DNA of 64,000 nucleotides, taken from Mobula hypostoma. Lineage: Eukaryota. Below the pieces are notes generated by a model. That model was not told the DNA's origin. It searched no databases and worked only from the letters and a program-made list of their open reading frames with translations. The translations under genes were made by a program, and so were the position numbers. This document shows positions 1 through 13,171 of this stretch, one piece after another. The stretch's first letter is position 1. Every line of letters begins with the position of its first letter. The stretch covers positions 193,070,001-193,134,000 of the forward strand of contig NC_086097.1 of NCBI RefSeq assembly GCF_963921235.1, given 5' to 3'.

Positions 1-470
1 TCTCCCTAGAAACTGAACCAGAATGGATGACTGTGTTATGTTTGAATCCAAGATAATCTTCAAAACAAATATCCCTGATTTCACGAAGAACACATTTCTA
101 TTTTGCTCATGTCCCCCAACTCTTTCCTAGCCTCAATTTATCTGCTACCAAAATATTTATTTACACCTTACCCCCATTAGATGGGATTATTCCTCTGCAC
201 TCTGAACCATTTTAGCTCATTCTAACATCTGCAAATTTCAAATGATCCAACAGAGTGTTGACAATGTCCCAACTCCCACTAAATCCAATCCACAATCACC
301 TGTTATTCACTCTATCATAATGTCTCTGTAACTGCCTCTTCACTCTCTCTCTAATCTCCTCCGAAAAAGCTACATTTTATAGTTCTGGCCTTATTATCCC
401 CAAATTTCATTATTCTATAACAGATGGTGTGTGTTTAGTATCCTAAACTGCAGAATTCATTCACTAAGAT

Positions 471-695
471 AATGCTGGAGGAACTCAGCTGGTCAGGTAG
501 TATCTGTGGAGGAGAATAAACAGTTGATGTTTTGGGCCAAGACCCTTCATCAGACGCTTTTGTCCTGATGAAGGGTCTTGGCCCAAAACATCAACTGTTT
601 AATCCCTTCCACAGATACTGCATGTCCTGCTGAGTTCTTCTAGCATTTTGCATGTGTTGTTCTGGATTTCCAGCATCTGCAAAATCTCTTATGTT
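471..695. mobile_element. Palindromic Penelope-like pseudo-LTR pair (degenerate)
   Basis: Inverted arms at about 471-555 and 562-647 around GCTTTT. Each arm carries a CTGATGAAGGGTCTTGGCCCAAAAC hammerhead-like core with the GAAA decayed. Same family as 57636-57921. Confidence 0.8.
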
Positions 696-1749
696 TAAAA
701 TTAATTCACTAAACTTCATTGTCTCCTGACTGACATTTTGTTTCTAATATTTTCCATTAAATTACTCTCAGCAAGCTTTTGGGCATCTGGCCTAATATCT
801 ATTTACTATATGTGTCTCATTATTTGATGGCACACTTGTGAAATATCTTGGGAAATTTTATTTTGAGCAAAGAGCAATGTAAAGATAGGCCTTTGTTTTT
901 GTTGTGGTAGCTCTGTAGAAGTGTATTTAAGTGAGACAATGCAATAGATAGAAGAATTGGTAACTTTTCCTGACATCTTTGTAACCTCTGGAGAATCAAT
1001 TTCATGCTTCAGTTGTGCTGAATAATCTCATGGAATAAAACCCGGAACCACTTTTTCAACTCTGCATTCAGTGCGCACTAGGAAAAAGAAATTCAACTTG
1101 ATGTGTTTGTTTTAAAGAATGTATTCCAGTGTATAAACTATAAAATGATCTGACACAAATTGAGATGTGTTGAATGTGCAGCACCTGTCCATCAGACTGA
1201 ATGGAGTTGAAGCTGAAATTTCCTTTCAGTTTGTGTATTTTGTTAATCAAGAGGGATTGATGCATTTTAGATTAGTGAGAGAGGCAAAATCAAGAAATGT
1301 TGGTGTCGTCCTTGAATCCTGTTAGGCATGCTTCAATTCAGCTTCAAAACACTGTAGATAATCTCCATAAATGTATCAACAGAAGCTGTAGCCACTGCAT
1401 CAAAAGAGCGCTCTCTGTTGTACTGTTATGATCTTGTGAACTGCAAGAGACCTGTCAGCATTAACTCCTGATAATAGCTCCTCTAAATCAGGTTTGTCTA
1501 CATTCTATTTCTCTTCTGTCTCAGTGAATCATCAACAACGCCTAGAATCATCGACATACAGCTGGTTCCTGATAAATGAATAATGTAGCCAAGAAATCCT
1601 CAGCATCATCAGAACTCTTGGTAAATAATTTTAATCAATCAGCTATTCACAAAATTTGAACATTGGGCTAGCTGCATTCATTGCATTGTTTGAAATAGTA
1701 ACCTTGGATGATTTTGTTAACTAGTTGAAGATTAATTGCTTAGAATAAT

Positions 1750-2210
1750 CAGAATCAGAATCAAATTTATTATCACCAACATACTGCTTGTTATAAATGT
1801 TTTTGCTTTGTGACAGCTGTACAGTGCAAAACATAATTACTGTAAGTTACAATGAATAAATAAATACTACAAAAGAGGAATAGCGATGTAGTATTCATGA
1901 ACCATTCAGAAATCTGATAATGCAGAGGAAGAAGATGTTCCAAAAATACTGAGTGTGTGTCTTCAAACTCCTGTACCTCCTTCCCAATGGTATTAATGCA
2001 AAGAGAGCATGTCCTGGACGGTGAGAGTTCATAATGATGGATGCCATCTTCTTGAGGCCTCAGTTTTTGAAGATCTCTTTAGTGGTGGGAAGGGTTGTGC
2101 CGACAATGGACTAGTTAAGTCTACAACCCTCTGTAGCCTCTTTCAATCCTGCAGCTCTGTACCTGATGGTGGTGCAACAGTCGGAATGCTATCTACTGCA
2201 TGTCTGTGGA
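1750..2210 (-). mobile_element. Rex1/Babar- or L2-like LINE 3' fragment
   Basis: AATCAGAATCAGAATC tail followed by sequence antisense to the LINE 3' region seen at 28030-28370. Confidence 0.55.
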
Positions 2211-3599
2211 ATGGAGAGAATCAGAAAGTTTTACTTCATTGGTATTCAAAAGAGTATCAACCAGTACTTAAGATTTGGTATTACTTTGAAAAATGTTTTG
2301 ATTACTTTAGGTTTTATAAAAGTCTAAATGGAAACAATTGTTTATCCAGATGTTATAGATTTTATTTCCCTTGGTGATTCAGTGTTCCTTTTATCACTGC
2401 AAGGAAATGTACATTTCTGCAGTGTCTTTGATGCAGAAGCAATGATTTCAGAGAGATGGATTGCAAACCTAAAAAAGGAAAGTTGATGTTGTTATCACTG
2501 TCAAGGCTGACATGTATTGCCTGTCCTTGGGAAAGCTGTGATAAGCTACCTCCTTGGACCATGCAGACCTTCACCCTGGTTGCTATTAGGAAAGGAGTTC
2601 CAAGACTGAGACCCAATGAAGATAGGAATGTTAATGTATCTCCGGGTCAAGTAATAGTTTTCCCATATTCCAGTTGCCTTTTTCCTTTTAGGCTGTAGAT
2701 GTTCTTGGGTTTGAAGCTAAGTACCCCAGAATTAATATCTTGGAAAAAATTCTTGACTGCAATCTAAATACTACAGTAGGTCAGACAATGGGCATCATGG
2801 GGTGAGTGACTCACCTCCTCCCTCTCTAAAGCCTTCTCCTACCTGCAAGATATGTCAAGAGTTTGATTAGAATATTGAATGCCTGCCTGGATAAGTGCAG
2901 CTCTAACACATAGTAAGTTCAAAAGCATCTTGGAAAAGCAGCCTTTAGAATGCACACCGTCCACTATCCACCACCACAGGCATTTACTCACTCCACCACC
3001 ATTGTTGCATTGTGCCTGCAAGATGTACCAGCTACAAAATGCACTGGAGTTACTTACTAAGGCTATTCTAATGACAGCTTCAGAATATTTCAACAAAATG
3101 GCCAGGCAGTGTACCATATTCCAAATCGAATCACACATGTGATTAACAAAATGGTAAATTACCTGATCTTTATGATTCAATATCAGCCTTTCAATATATC
3201 TAAACATGATTTACTGTACCCATCATCACCAAGTTGATGAATCAATGCTCATACATGTTGGACAACACCTAGAATAAAGACTGAAAGGATCAAGGATTCA
3301 GACTGTACTCTAGGTGAGGAGTGGTTTGGTAAAACCTCCGTAAACTGAGCAGGCCAAATACTAAAGGTCAGCTGCTAGATAGGGTATGCTGCAAGTGATG
3401 AGTAAATACAAGACAGGTAAACTTCAAAGTTCAAAGTAAATGTGTTATCAAAGTACATCGATGTCACCATTTACAACCCTGGGATTCATTTTCTTGTGGG
3501 CATTCATGCTAAATACAAGAAACATAATAGAATCGAAAGAGACAAAAGAATTGAAGGAATAAAACACGACAGAGGTGTTTGCTCTGGGTAAGTTTCTGT

Positions 3600-4270
3600 T
3601 AAAGTTCCCCTTTTTTTCCTCTCACTGTACCTAGTGTAGTAAATGGCCATTGTGTGTTCTTCATGCCGGATGTTGGAATCCTGGAAGGCCCAGAGTCTCC
3701 CAGCAGACTACATATGCATGAAGTGCATCCGGCTGCAGCTCCCTGAAGACCATGTTAGGAATCTGGAACAGAAGCTGGATGACCTTTGGCTTGTGCAGAA
3801 GTGTGAAGAGATCATTGATCAGAGCTACAGGAAGTAGTCATCTTTAAACTGCAGGAGGCGAGTAGCTGGGTGACTGTCAGGAGAAATGGAAATGTGAATA
3901 AGCAGTTACCGTTTTGGATACTATTGTGGGGAATGTCCTCCCGGGGAATGCCATGGAGACCAGGTTACTGGCGCTGAGCATGGGTCCGTGGAGCAGAAGA
4001 AAACGAGGGAGAAAAGGTGAGCAGTAGTGATAGGGGACTCAATAGTCAGAGGATGAGACAGGAGATTCTGTGGAAATGAACGGGACACCCGGATGGTATG
4101 TTGTCTCCCAGGTGCCAGGGTCAGAGACATCTCGGACCGGGTCCACAGCATTTTGGAGGGGGAGGGAGAGCAGCCAGATGTCTTGGTACATACTGGTACC
4201 AATGACATAAGAAGGAAAAGCAAAGAGGTCCTGAAGAGAGAAATTAGAGAGCTAGGCAGAAAGCTGAGTA
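3600..4270 (+). mobile_element. CR1 LINE ORF1 fragment (zinc finger + SGNH/GDSL esterase), disrupted
   Basis: CSSC...CMKC motif (ORF 3643-3837), then VIGDSIVR, VCCLPGARV and VHTGTND motifs. Contains in-frame stops. Homologous to 19391-19950. Confidence 0.85.
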
Positions 4271-4299
4271 AAGAACAGCATCAAATTTTATGACTTTCG

Positions 4300-4735
4300 A
4301 CAGCTTCTTTTGATCCTGTGCAGCAGCCCCCCACCCCACCCCCAGTATCAGACTGTGATGCAGCCTGTTAGAGTGCTCTTCACAATACATCTATAGAAGT
4401 TTTTGAGGGTTTAATTGACAAACCAAATCTCTTCAAACTCCTGATGAAGTATAGTTGCTGTCTTGTCTTCCTTATAACTGCATCGATATGTTGGGACTAG
4501 GTTAGATCCTTAGAGATCTTGACATCCAGGAACTTAAAATTGCTCACTCTCTCAACTTCTGATCCCTCTATGAGGATTGGTTCTTGTTCCCTCATCTTAC
4601 TCTTCCTGTAGTCCACAATCAGCTTTCGTCTTGCTGACATTGAGTGCAAGGTTGTTGCTGTGACATCAGTCAACTAGCTGGTATATCTTGCTCCTGTATG
4701 TCCTCTCATCTCGATCTGAGATTCTACCAGCAATT
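4300..4735 (-). mobile_element. Rex1/Babar-like LINE RT fragment, degenerate
   Basis: The reverse complement resembles the NVSKTKELIVDYRK / FKFLGV region seen in the other Rex-like copies in this window. Confidence 0.6.
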
Positions 4736-5240
4736 TGTACATTCTTCCTGTGACTGTTTGGGGTTCCTGTGAGTGCACTGATTTCCTCCCATATTCTAAA
4801 GATGTATGGTCAGGGTTAGTAGGTTGTGGGCATGCTATGTTAGCACTGGAAGTATGATGACACTTGTAGACTCATCTGCACAATCTTCACTGATTTGATT
4901 TGACACAAGTGACGCATTTCACTGTATGTTTCGATGTACATGTGACAAATAAAGCTAATCTTTAACTTTAAGACACAGTAACTCAAGAAGGTAACATTTC
5001 TCACGGGCAATTAGAGAGGGAATATAAATGCTAATCTTGTCACTGACACCCAAATCTCATAAATAAATGAAAAGAAAACATTATTGATAAAGCAACAATA
5101 TTTTAAAAATCAGATTAATCATCATAAACTTTTCTTCTTCCATTTGCATTTTTTCTTTCCACTTCATATTCCATTTTGTTCATATTTGAAATATTTTGCA
5201 ACATATACCAGCTGTCCGCCAGATAGAAAAAATCATGTTA

Positions 5241-5520
5241 TTGCCAACTATAACATTCAGTAACTGTAGCATCATGGTGATAGTGAGTCATTATGTTCAA
5301 ACTGATTATTATGTGCTTTCATTTACCAGGCATTATCTCTACAGGAAATAAAAAGAGATCTCCATATCAATGTCACCAGGTTTCCACCGTCTCCCATGAC
5401 ATCAGTCAAGGGTGAGAGACCTTGACTTCAACCCTTCTTTATTGTAAGAGCACTTGTTGATTATGGTAGTAGCTTGCTTAAAAGTGAAAGTGTGTCTCTT
5501 GCCATTTGAATTTCACATGG
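5241..5520 (-). ncRNA. Candidate structured RNA element, copy 1 (two hairpins)
   Basis: Homologous to 19959-20245. Minus-strand hairpins at 5356-5422 and 5257-5329 with pair-preserving substitutions. Linker contains AGAUAA. Confidence 0.4.
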
Positions 5521-6338
5521 ACTCCAGCTACTTTTCATTGAATGTGTAGAACAGTCCATGTTCCAAGCCTTCCCTGGTACCGCTCCCCAACTCTACATTG
5601 ACAACTGCATTGATGCTGCTTCATGCACTCATGCTGAGCTCAGTAATTTCATCAACTTTGCCTCCAGCATCCTACACTGCCATAAATTCAATTGGTCCAT
5701 TTCTGACACCTCTCCCTCCTTTCTCGATCTCTCTTACTCCATCACTAGAGACAAACTGTCTACTGATGTTTTTTATAAGCCTACCGACTCCCAAGGTTAT
5801 CTTGACTATACCTCTTCCTATCCTGTATCCTGTAAAAATGCCATTACATTTTCTCAGTTCCTTCGCCTCTGTCATATCTGTTCCCAGGATGTTCTCATTC
5901 TTCAAAGAATGGGGTTTCCCTTTCTACACCATTGATGATACACTCCCAGACATGCACACTCAGCCCATATTCCCGCCGCCTTAACAGGAATAGAGTTCCT
6001 CTTCTCCTCACCTACCACACCATGAACCTCTGCATCCAACACATTATTCTCCACAACATCTGCCATTTTCAACAGGATCCTACCACCAAGTATATCTTTA
6101 TCTCCTCCCCCCACTGCTTTCCGCAGGGATCACTCCCTCCATGATTCCCTTGTCCATTCATCCCTCCCCTGTAATCTCCCTCCTTTCACATATCACTGCA
6201 AGTAACAGTAATGCTGCACCTGCCCATTCACCTCCTCCCTTATCTCCATTCAAGGCCCCATACAGTCCTTCCAGGTGAGGCAAAACTTCACCTGTGAATC
6301 TGTTGGGGTCATGTATCCGGTACTCCCAATATAATCTC
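5514..6338 (+). mobile_element. Penelope-like element, RT/linker part (5' half, split by Gypsy insertion)
   Basis: ORF 5558-5935 has YIDNC (degenerate YIDD), FLDL, VFYKPTDSQGYLDYTSSYP and SQFLRL motifs typical of PLE RT. Continues at 12593. Confidence 0.85.
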
Positions 6339-6549
6339 TGTTGTATCTGTGCACAACTACATATATATTAAATAAAAGCATGCACTCATGTGATGGCTTT
6401 AAATTGTGTATTCACATTGCAGTGAGAGAGAGAGAACAATGCACATGTGCAGACAACAAACCACATGCAGACAACAGATCAGTACGTAGTGCAAAGAAGT
6501 GGGGGGGGGGGGAGTCATTGCCCTAAAGGAAATAGATCCATGCATTACA
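6339..6549 (-). repeat. 3' LTR of Gypsy element
   Basis: TG...CA ends. Aligns with 12380-12592. Adjacent to the PPT. Confidence 0.85.
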
Positions 6550-7830
6550 CTCCTCCTCCTTTAGATTAATGCAACATAAAGCTGTATATGCACAAAACAT
6601 TTAATTTCCCTTTCATAAACCAATATTACAAATAAGCATGCTTTCACAATAACAGTCCATAACTAATTTCAAAGTTCTAAAGGTTCAGTCTTTTGGGTGG
6701 TGCTTTGTTTCTTTCAGGATAATGCTTCTGGACCTGTGGAGCGGCATCAGGTTGGTAGGTGCCTTGTCTAAGACAACATTCTCAGTTTCCCGTGTTACAT
6801 TGCTATCAAAGACATGATCATCACTGAGAGCTAAGTCCAGTGACTGTAATGCGTCCGTCTTGTTGGATGCAATCGACTCAAGTGTGTTCTTCAGTTAAGC
6901 ATCCAGTATCTGATTCATATGACATCTCCAACTTCTGCTGTGTCTATCAGTGGTCCAGTTCTTGTAGCTATCCTACTGACTGTCCACTTGTCTTCTCGGT
7001 AATCATGTGCTAGGACTTCCTGTACAACCTCAAAGCTGCTTGCTGCTTCACTAGGCAACTGGCTGAGCTTTCTATTCTGCACTTCCCTCTGTAGATCTGG
7101 TTTCAGGATGTCTATGTGAGATCTCAGATTCCTGCTCATGAACAGCATTGCTGATGTTTGTTTTGCCGTCGCGTGAACAGAGTTCCGACACACAAGAAGG
7201 AAGCTGTCCACCTTGTGCTGTACAGAAATGTCCTCCTTGTCCATCACTTTAATGGAGTTCTTGAATGTTTGGATAAACCTTTCAGCTAACTCATTTGTTG
7301 CTGGGTGGTGAGAAGCTGACTTGAAATGTTTGATGCCATTTTTCTTCGTGAACAGTCGGAATTCTTCTGACATGTATTGTGGTCAGCTGTCAATCACAAT
7401 TTGTTCTGGGAAGCTGTTTACGGTGAAGATAGTCCTCAGAGCGAAGACAGTCTTTGCTGAGGAGGTTGACTTCCCTGGTATAACTCCAGCCACTTCAGTC
7501 TGTTTATCTGTTCCCAGCCTCCACACATAGCTCTGAGTGAGACTCTTCATCTTGACTGTACCCAGGTATCCTTCATGAAGATTTTCTAACACTCTGGTGC
7601 GCAGTTAAGAGAGAACCACAAAAAGAGATCCACACATCATCGTTCTTGTCTTACTGAGAACTCTGGAAGCATAGAGTTACCATGAGCTGGCCATCCATGC
7701 ATGGTAATTTCATAGACTTTTGACAATGTTGGATCATTCTTTGTTTCCCTTTGTGTTTTGGAATTTGTTACCAGCAACTGGTCCACCAATGTGGTGTGAA
7801 ACACAACTGCTGGATCACAGTATGAAGACT

Positions 7831-8577
7831 TGTTACATGACCACGGTTTCGTTTACTCTGGGTGTCACTTTAAAATGCCTGGATGAGGCGGGACTATGAT
7901 GTCAGTATAACAAGCTACGACAGACCACTGGGACTTTCAGAGGAGAAGGAAGGAGAGAGAGAGAGTAGAAGTTTTGGACCACAAGCTGCCAGCAGGAGCT
8001 TGCTGCAACAATGGGTAAAGTCTGATCCCTTCCCATGCCCAGAGAATTGGGTTAATCAACAGCACCCAGTGCACACTAGATGTGTAACTGTCACTTCGTA
8101 TGATCCATACATGGATCTTGTTGGAGTACCCTGTGACAATCACCTTTGTTAACCCTTATATGGTTTCGGGTATGTTATGTGGTAACCACTTGTGCTGGGG
8201 AATACTCCGTGACTGTCACCTTGTGATATTTCTACGTGGATTTCGGGACGACTCAACGGTTAAGATCTTCAGCGACTGTTACTTCGTTTTCCCAGCGTGG
8301 AACCCGTGATCGCCTCCTCTCTACATTTTAACGTGGATTTACTTGTTCCTCCCCTCACTTATTCTGTGAATTACTGGACCTTTCTAGTTTGCCATCTTAA
8401 GACTTTAAGAACTGTTCCTAAGCTTGACAGTTTGGGAGCCACACACACACACATAACACTGTTAACTTCTGTTTATTTCGTTAAATTTCTATATTTTTGA
8501 GTAGATACTAGTAAATATAGTGGTTTTAACATTAAAACCTGACTCAATTTGTGATCTATTGCTGCTGGTACGTAACA
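7831..8577. mobile_element. Solo LTR (747 bp) nested in Gypsy pol
   Basis: Ends TGTTAC...GTAACA. 4-bp TSD GACT at 7827-7830 and 8578-8581. Gypsy sequence resumes on both sides. Confidence 0.85.
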
Positions 8578-9948
8578 GACTTTTCTTCTTTAGTTGCCAA
8601 TAATGGAAGACATGACACGTCATCAGAATTGCTGTGTTGTTTGGTACCCTATGTCATCCCACTGTCATCTCTAACTCCATGTCATAAGAGTGGGCTCCTG
8701 GGAATAGTTCCCAATGTTGTAACCGGGTAGCAGTCATCACTGGGATTCCCTTCCTGGGATTGAAAATTGACACAAGGGGCTGTTGATCTGTCACTAGTGT
8801 AAACTGTTGTCCATAGAGGTAGTGGGGGAGCATACTAGACTAAGGGCCTCTTGGTCAATCTATGCATAGTTGCATTCTGCAATCATCAGTGATCTTGAAG
8901 CAAACGCAATCAGGTGTTCAAATACGTCTTTCATAATGTGTGAAAAAATGGTTCCAATGCCGTAAGGGGATGCATTGCACACCAGTCTGATGGGCAGGGA
9001 TAGATCATAATGGGTGAGCAGTTCATTGATGTTATTAGTCCCTTTGTTTCCTTGAATGCTCTTTCACATCTTTCTGACCCTTCCCACTTTGCTCCTGTCT
9101 GCCACAGTACATTCAATGGGCGCAGCACTGTAGCAATGTTTGGGTGAAGTTGGTGGTAGTAATTTACAAGGCCCAAATATGACCAGAGTTATGACATATT
9201 TTCTGGTTTTGGTGCCTGTAGCAGTGGTTCAATCTTCTCTTGTGACTTATGTAAGCCATGCTTGTCAATGACATGTCCACAATATGAGATTTCATTCTTG
9301 AAAAACTCACATTTCTCCCTCTTTGCGTACAGGCCGTACTCACTCAGTCCGGTAAGCACTTTATCAAGGTTCTGGAGGTGCTCTTCATCATTTTTGCCAG
9401 TCACGATGATATCATCAAGATAACATTGTGGTACTGAGGTATCTTGGAGCACTTCGTCAAATTGCTGGAGATGATGTAACACCAAAGATGAGATGATTAT
9501 ACTAGAACAGTCCCTTGTGAGTGTTGATTGGGAGGAACTTCCTGCTTGACTCCTCAATCTCCATTGCAAATAGGCTTGTGACAAGTCAATCTTTGAAAAC
9601 CTCTCCCCGCCTGCCAAAGATGCAAAAATGTTTTCTATTCGTGGCAGGAGATGCTGCACGGTACGTAGCACTGAGTTGATACTCACCTTGAAATCCCCAC
9701 ATATGCGAATGGCTCCGGCCTTCCCTTTCTTGATCACTGGGACAACGAGCATGGCCCAATCACTTCACTCAACCTTGGAGAGAATTCGAGATGCCTCCAA
9801 GCTCTGTAGTTTAGCATCCACTTGAGGATGTAATGCATAAGGTGCTGAACGTGTTTTACAGAATCTTGGTGTTGCTGTTTCATCCAGTTCTATTCTGGCC
9901 TTCATACCTTTGAGTTTACCAATCCCCTTCTCAAACACCTTCTTATTA

Positions 9949-11020
9949 TGCGATGCAGGTGAATGCTTCCCTGGTATCATGAATTCTTAATTACCTGACT
10001 GGCAGACCACAGTACGTGTGCTTGCAACACTGCGTGTCCAACAGAGTGATCAGCAGCACTGGGACTCCACAGGGGACTGTCTTGTCTCCCTTCCTCTTCA
10101 CCATTTACACCTCAGACTTCAACTACTGCACAGAGTCTTGTCATCTTCAGAAGTTTTTGGATGACTCTGCCATAGTTGGATGCATCAGCAAGGGAGATGA
10201 GGCTAAGTACAGGGCTACGGTAGGAAACCTTGTCACGTGGTGTGAGCAGAATTATCTACAGCTTAATGTGATAAAGACTAAGGAGCTGGTGGTAGACCTG
10301 AGGAGAGCTAAGGTACCGGTGACCCCTGTTTCCATCCAGGGGTTCAGTGTGGACATGGTGAAGGATTACAAATACCTGGGGATATGAATTGACAATAAAT
10401 TGGACTGGTCAAAGAACACTGAGGCTCTCTACAAGAAGGGTCAGAGCCGTCTCTATTTCCTGAGGAGACTGAGGTCCTTTAACATCTGCCGGACGATGCT
10501 GAGGATGTTCTATGAGCCTGTGGTGGCCAGTGCTATCATGTTTGCTGTTGTGTGCTGGGGCAGCAGGCTGAGGGTAGCAGACACCAACAGAATCAACAAA
10601 CTCATCCATAAGGCCAGTGATGTTGTGGGGATGGAACTGGGCTCTCTGACGGTGGTGTCTGAGAAGAGGGTGCTGTCTAAGTTGCATGCCATCTTGGTCA
10701 ATGTTTCCCATCCACTACATAATGTATTGGTTGGGCACAGGAATACATTCAGCCAGAAACTCATTCCACCGAGATGCAGCACAGAGCGTCATAGGAAGTC
10801 ATTCCTGCCTGTGGCCATCAAACTTTACAACTCCTCCCTTGGAGGGTCAGACACCCTGAGCCAATAGGCTGGTCCTGGACTTATTTCATAATTTACTGGC
10901 ATAATTTACATATTACTATTTAACTATTTATGGTTCTATTACTATTTATTATTTATGGTGCAACTGTAACGAAAACCAGTTTCCACCGGGATCAATAAAG
11001 TATGACTAAGACTATGACTA
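9949..11020 (+). mobile_element. Rex1/Babar LINE, 5'-truncated, nested in Gypsy
   Basis: ORFs 10016-10387 and 10400-10867 (TGTPQGTVLSPFLF, QKFLDDSAIVGCI, KTKELVVDLRR). AATAAA plus (TATGAC)n tail. Confidence 0.9.
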
Positions 11021-12379
11021 TTAGCATAAAGCAGCTGTTCCAATCTCTAGTTAGTGCTAACATTTGGTCTGCTATTGTCTGTTGATGCCACACTGAGAGC
11101 TTTGCTTGATTGCCAGTCTAGTTGGATTTTTCTCAACCATTCACATCCAAAAAGTGCTGTCCCTCCACTTCCCAACACATAAAGTTTTAACTGCTGTTTT
11201 TGGCCTACCTACATCACCTTCACTTTCAGTTTGCCTTTGGGGGTCACCTTTTCACCTGTGTAGGTCTTCAGCATCACTGGGGTCTTCTCCAATGGTATCT
11301 TAGTAAACAGTCTGTTGTAGTCAGCGTCTGGAATTATAAAGGAAACTGATCTTGTATCCAGCTCTATTTTCAGTTTTACACCAGACACATCCATTATGAT
11401 CTATATTATATTGCAATCTGCTTCAGTAATATTATGCAGTTCTAGGCATAACAGTTCACCTTTGTCAGACTCTATGTGGTCTGATTCTGTTTTACATTCA
11501 GTAATGTTATGCATTCGCTTAGTTTTGTGTTAGAGACTTTTCACTCGGTTGTGCTTTTTGTCTGCTTTGCACGCTCTCTCTGAGTGACCTTCTCTGTAAC
11601 ACTGCAAACTTTTTCTTTTTTGTCATGGGAGAATTTGCCACATCAATAACATTTTTGGCTTTTTACACTATTCACGGACATTTTGTGCATTTCACATTTT
11701 CAGCTTCTTTTCTGTAGATTTGCTGCATCATTCGCTGCAGACTCTAATGATAGTGCATGGTCAATGTCCATTCTAAGATTATGTCTCTTTCAGACAGTGG
11801 CCTCTTTTGAGTGCTTTGAATACGCATGCCACATACAAACCTGTCCCTTATGCATCAGAAAGTCCATCTCTAAAGTCACAGTACTAGGAAAGTTTGCGCA
11901 GTTTAGCAATGTATTCAGGAAGGCTTTCAGCTTTCCACTGGTTCCTTTTGTAAAATATAAATCTCTCAGCTACTACCAACGGTTTAGGGATCAAGTAATC
12001 TTGTAAAACTGTAACAATTTCAATTAACGTTTTGCTTGCAGGCTTTTCGGGGGTTACTAGGTTGCATCAGAGACTGTACGTTCTTGGCCTATTAAGCTAA
12101 GAAGTGTAGGGGTTTTTGTTTGTTCTTTCATGTTGTTCACGTTACAATACAGTTCAGCTCTCTTGATACACCACTCCCAGCCTTCATTAGCGCTATCAAA
12201 TTCATCAATTGTCCTGACTGAAGCCATTGCCACGTCATTGTCATTTTAAATTTAGCAGTCTTTCACTGTTACCCATACGTTTGTTAGTGCCTGTGGCAGC
12301 CTTCTCACTGGTTTGTCCCATAACTGTCGGTACAGTTCATGATATTCTCTGATGTTCAGGTTCATACTCCTTGCCTATT

Positions 12380-12592
12380 TATCATGTCTGTGCAGAACTA
12401 CATATACATTAAATAAAACCAGGCACACTGGAAATGACTTTAACTGTTGTATTCACATGCAGTGTGTGAGAGAGAGAGAGAGAACAATACACATGCGTAG
12501 ACAGCAGCACATGCATAGACAACATATCAATACGTAATGCTAAGGTGGAGGTGTGGGTCATTGTTCTAAAAGAAGTAATTCCATACATTACA
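12380..12592 (-). repeat. 5' LTR of Gypsy element
   Basis: Direct-repeat partner of 6339-6549, visibly diverged. Confidence 0.85.
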
Positions 12593-13171
12593 ATGGTGAG
12601 AACCAACGTAAATTGGGGGACCGCTTTGTTGAGCACCTCTGCTCCATCCACCAAAAGCAGTATTTTCCACTGGCCAACCATTTTAATTCCTATCACAGTA
12701 TTCACTCTGATATGTCAGTCCATTATCTCCTTTTTTGCCATGATGAGGCCACTCTGAAGGTGGAGGAACAACACCTCATATTCTGTCTAGGTAGCCTTCA
12801 ACCTGGTACTATGAATGTCAATTTATCCTTCATTTAATGTTTTCTCCCTCCCTCTTCCCTCTTCTTCTATTTCCCATTCTGGCCTCTGACCTCTTCTCCT
12901 CATCTGCCTATCACCTCCTCTTAGTGCCCTACCTTCTTTCCTTTCTCCCATGGTCCACTCTTATCAGATTCCTTCTTCTCCAGCACTTTACCTTTCCCAC
13001 CCATGAACTTCTAACTGGTCCTTCTTCTCCTCCCCCCACATTTTTATTCTGGAAGATCCCCCTTCCTTTCCAGTCCCAAAGAAGGGTCTCAGCACAAAGC
13101 ATCAACTGCTTATTCCTTTCCATGGATGCTGCCTCACCTGATGAGTTCCACCAGCATTTTGTGTGTGTTAC
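12593..13171 (+). mobile_element. Penelope-like element, GIY-YIG end and pseudo-LTR (3' half)
   Basis: ORF 12553-12837 has GENQRKLGDRFVEHL, LANHFNS and EQHLIFCLGSLQP. Followed by a pyrimidine-rich UTR and a decayed hammerhead core. Confidence 0.85.

Larger units (their letters stand above)
6339..12592 (-). mobile_element. Gypsy/Ty3 LTR retrotransposon, decayed full length
   Basis: LTRs at 6339-6549 and 12380-12592. Polypurine tract at about 6550-6562. Order is gag, protease (IELDT, 11209-11394), RT (ICGDFK, KIDLSQAY, YLDDII, 9189-9752), RNase H, integrase (HPATNELAERFIQTFK, 6915-7592). Confidence 0.92.

Noticed and set aside
1344..1440. Minus-strand peptide SQDHNSTTESALLMQWLQLLLIHLWRLSTVF* resembling a GPI-anchor signal
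   Set aside because: No upstream coding exons or recognisable family support it. Kept only as a possible exon.
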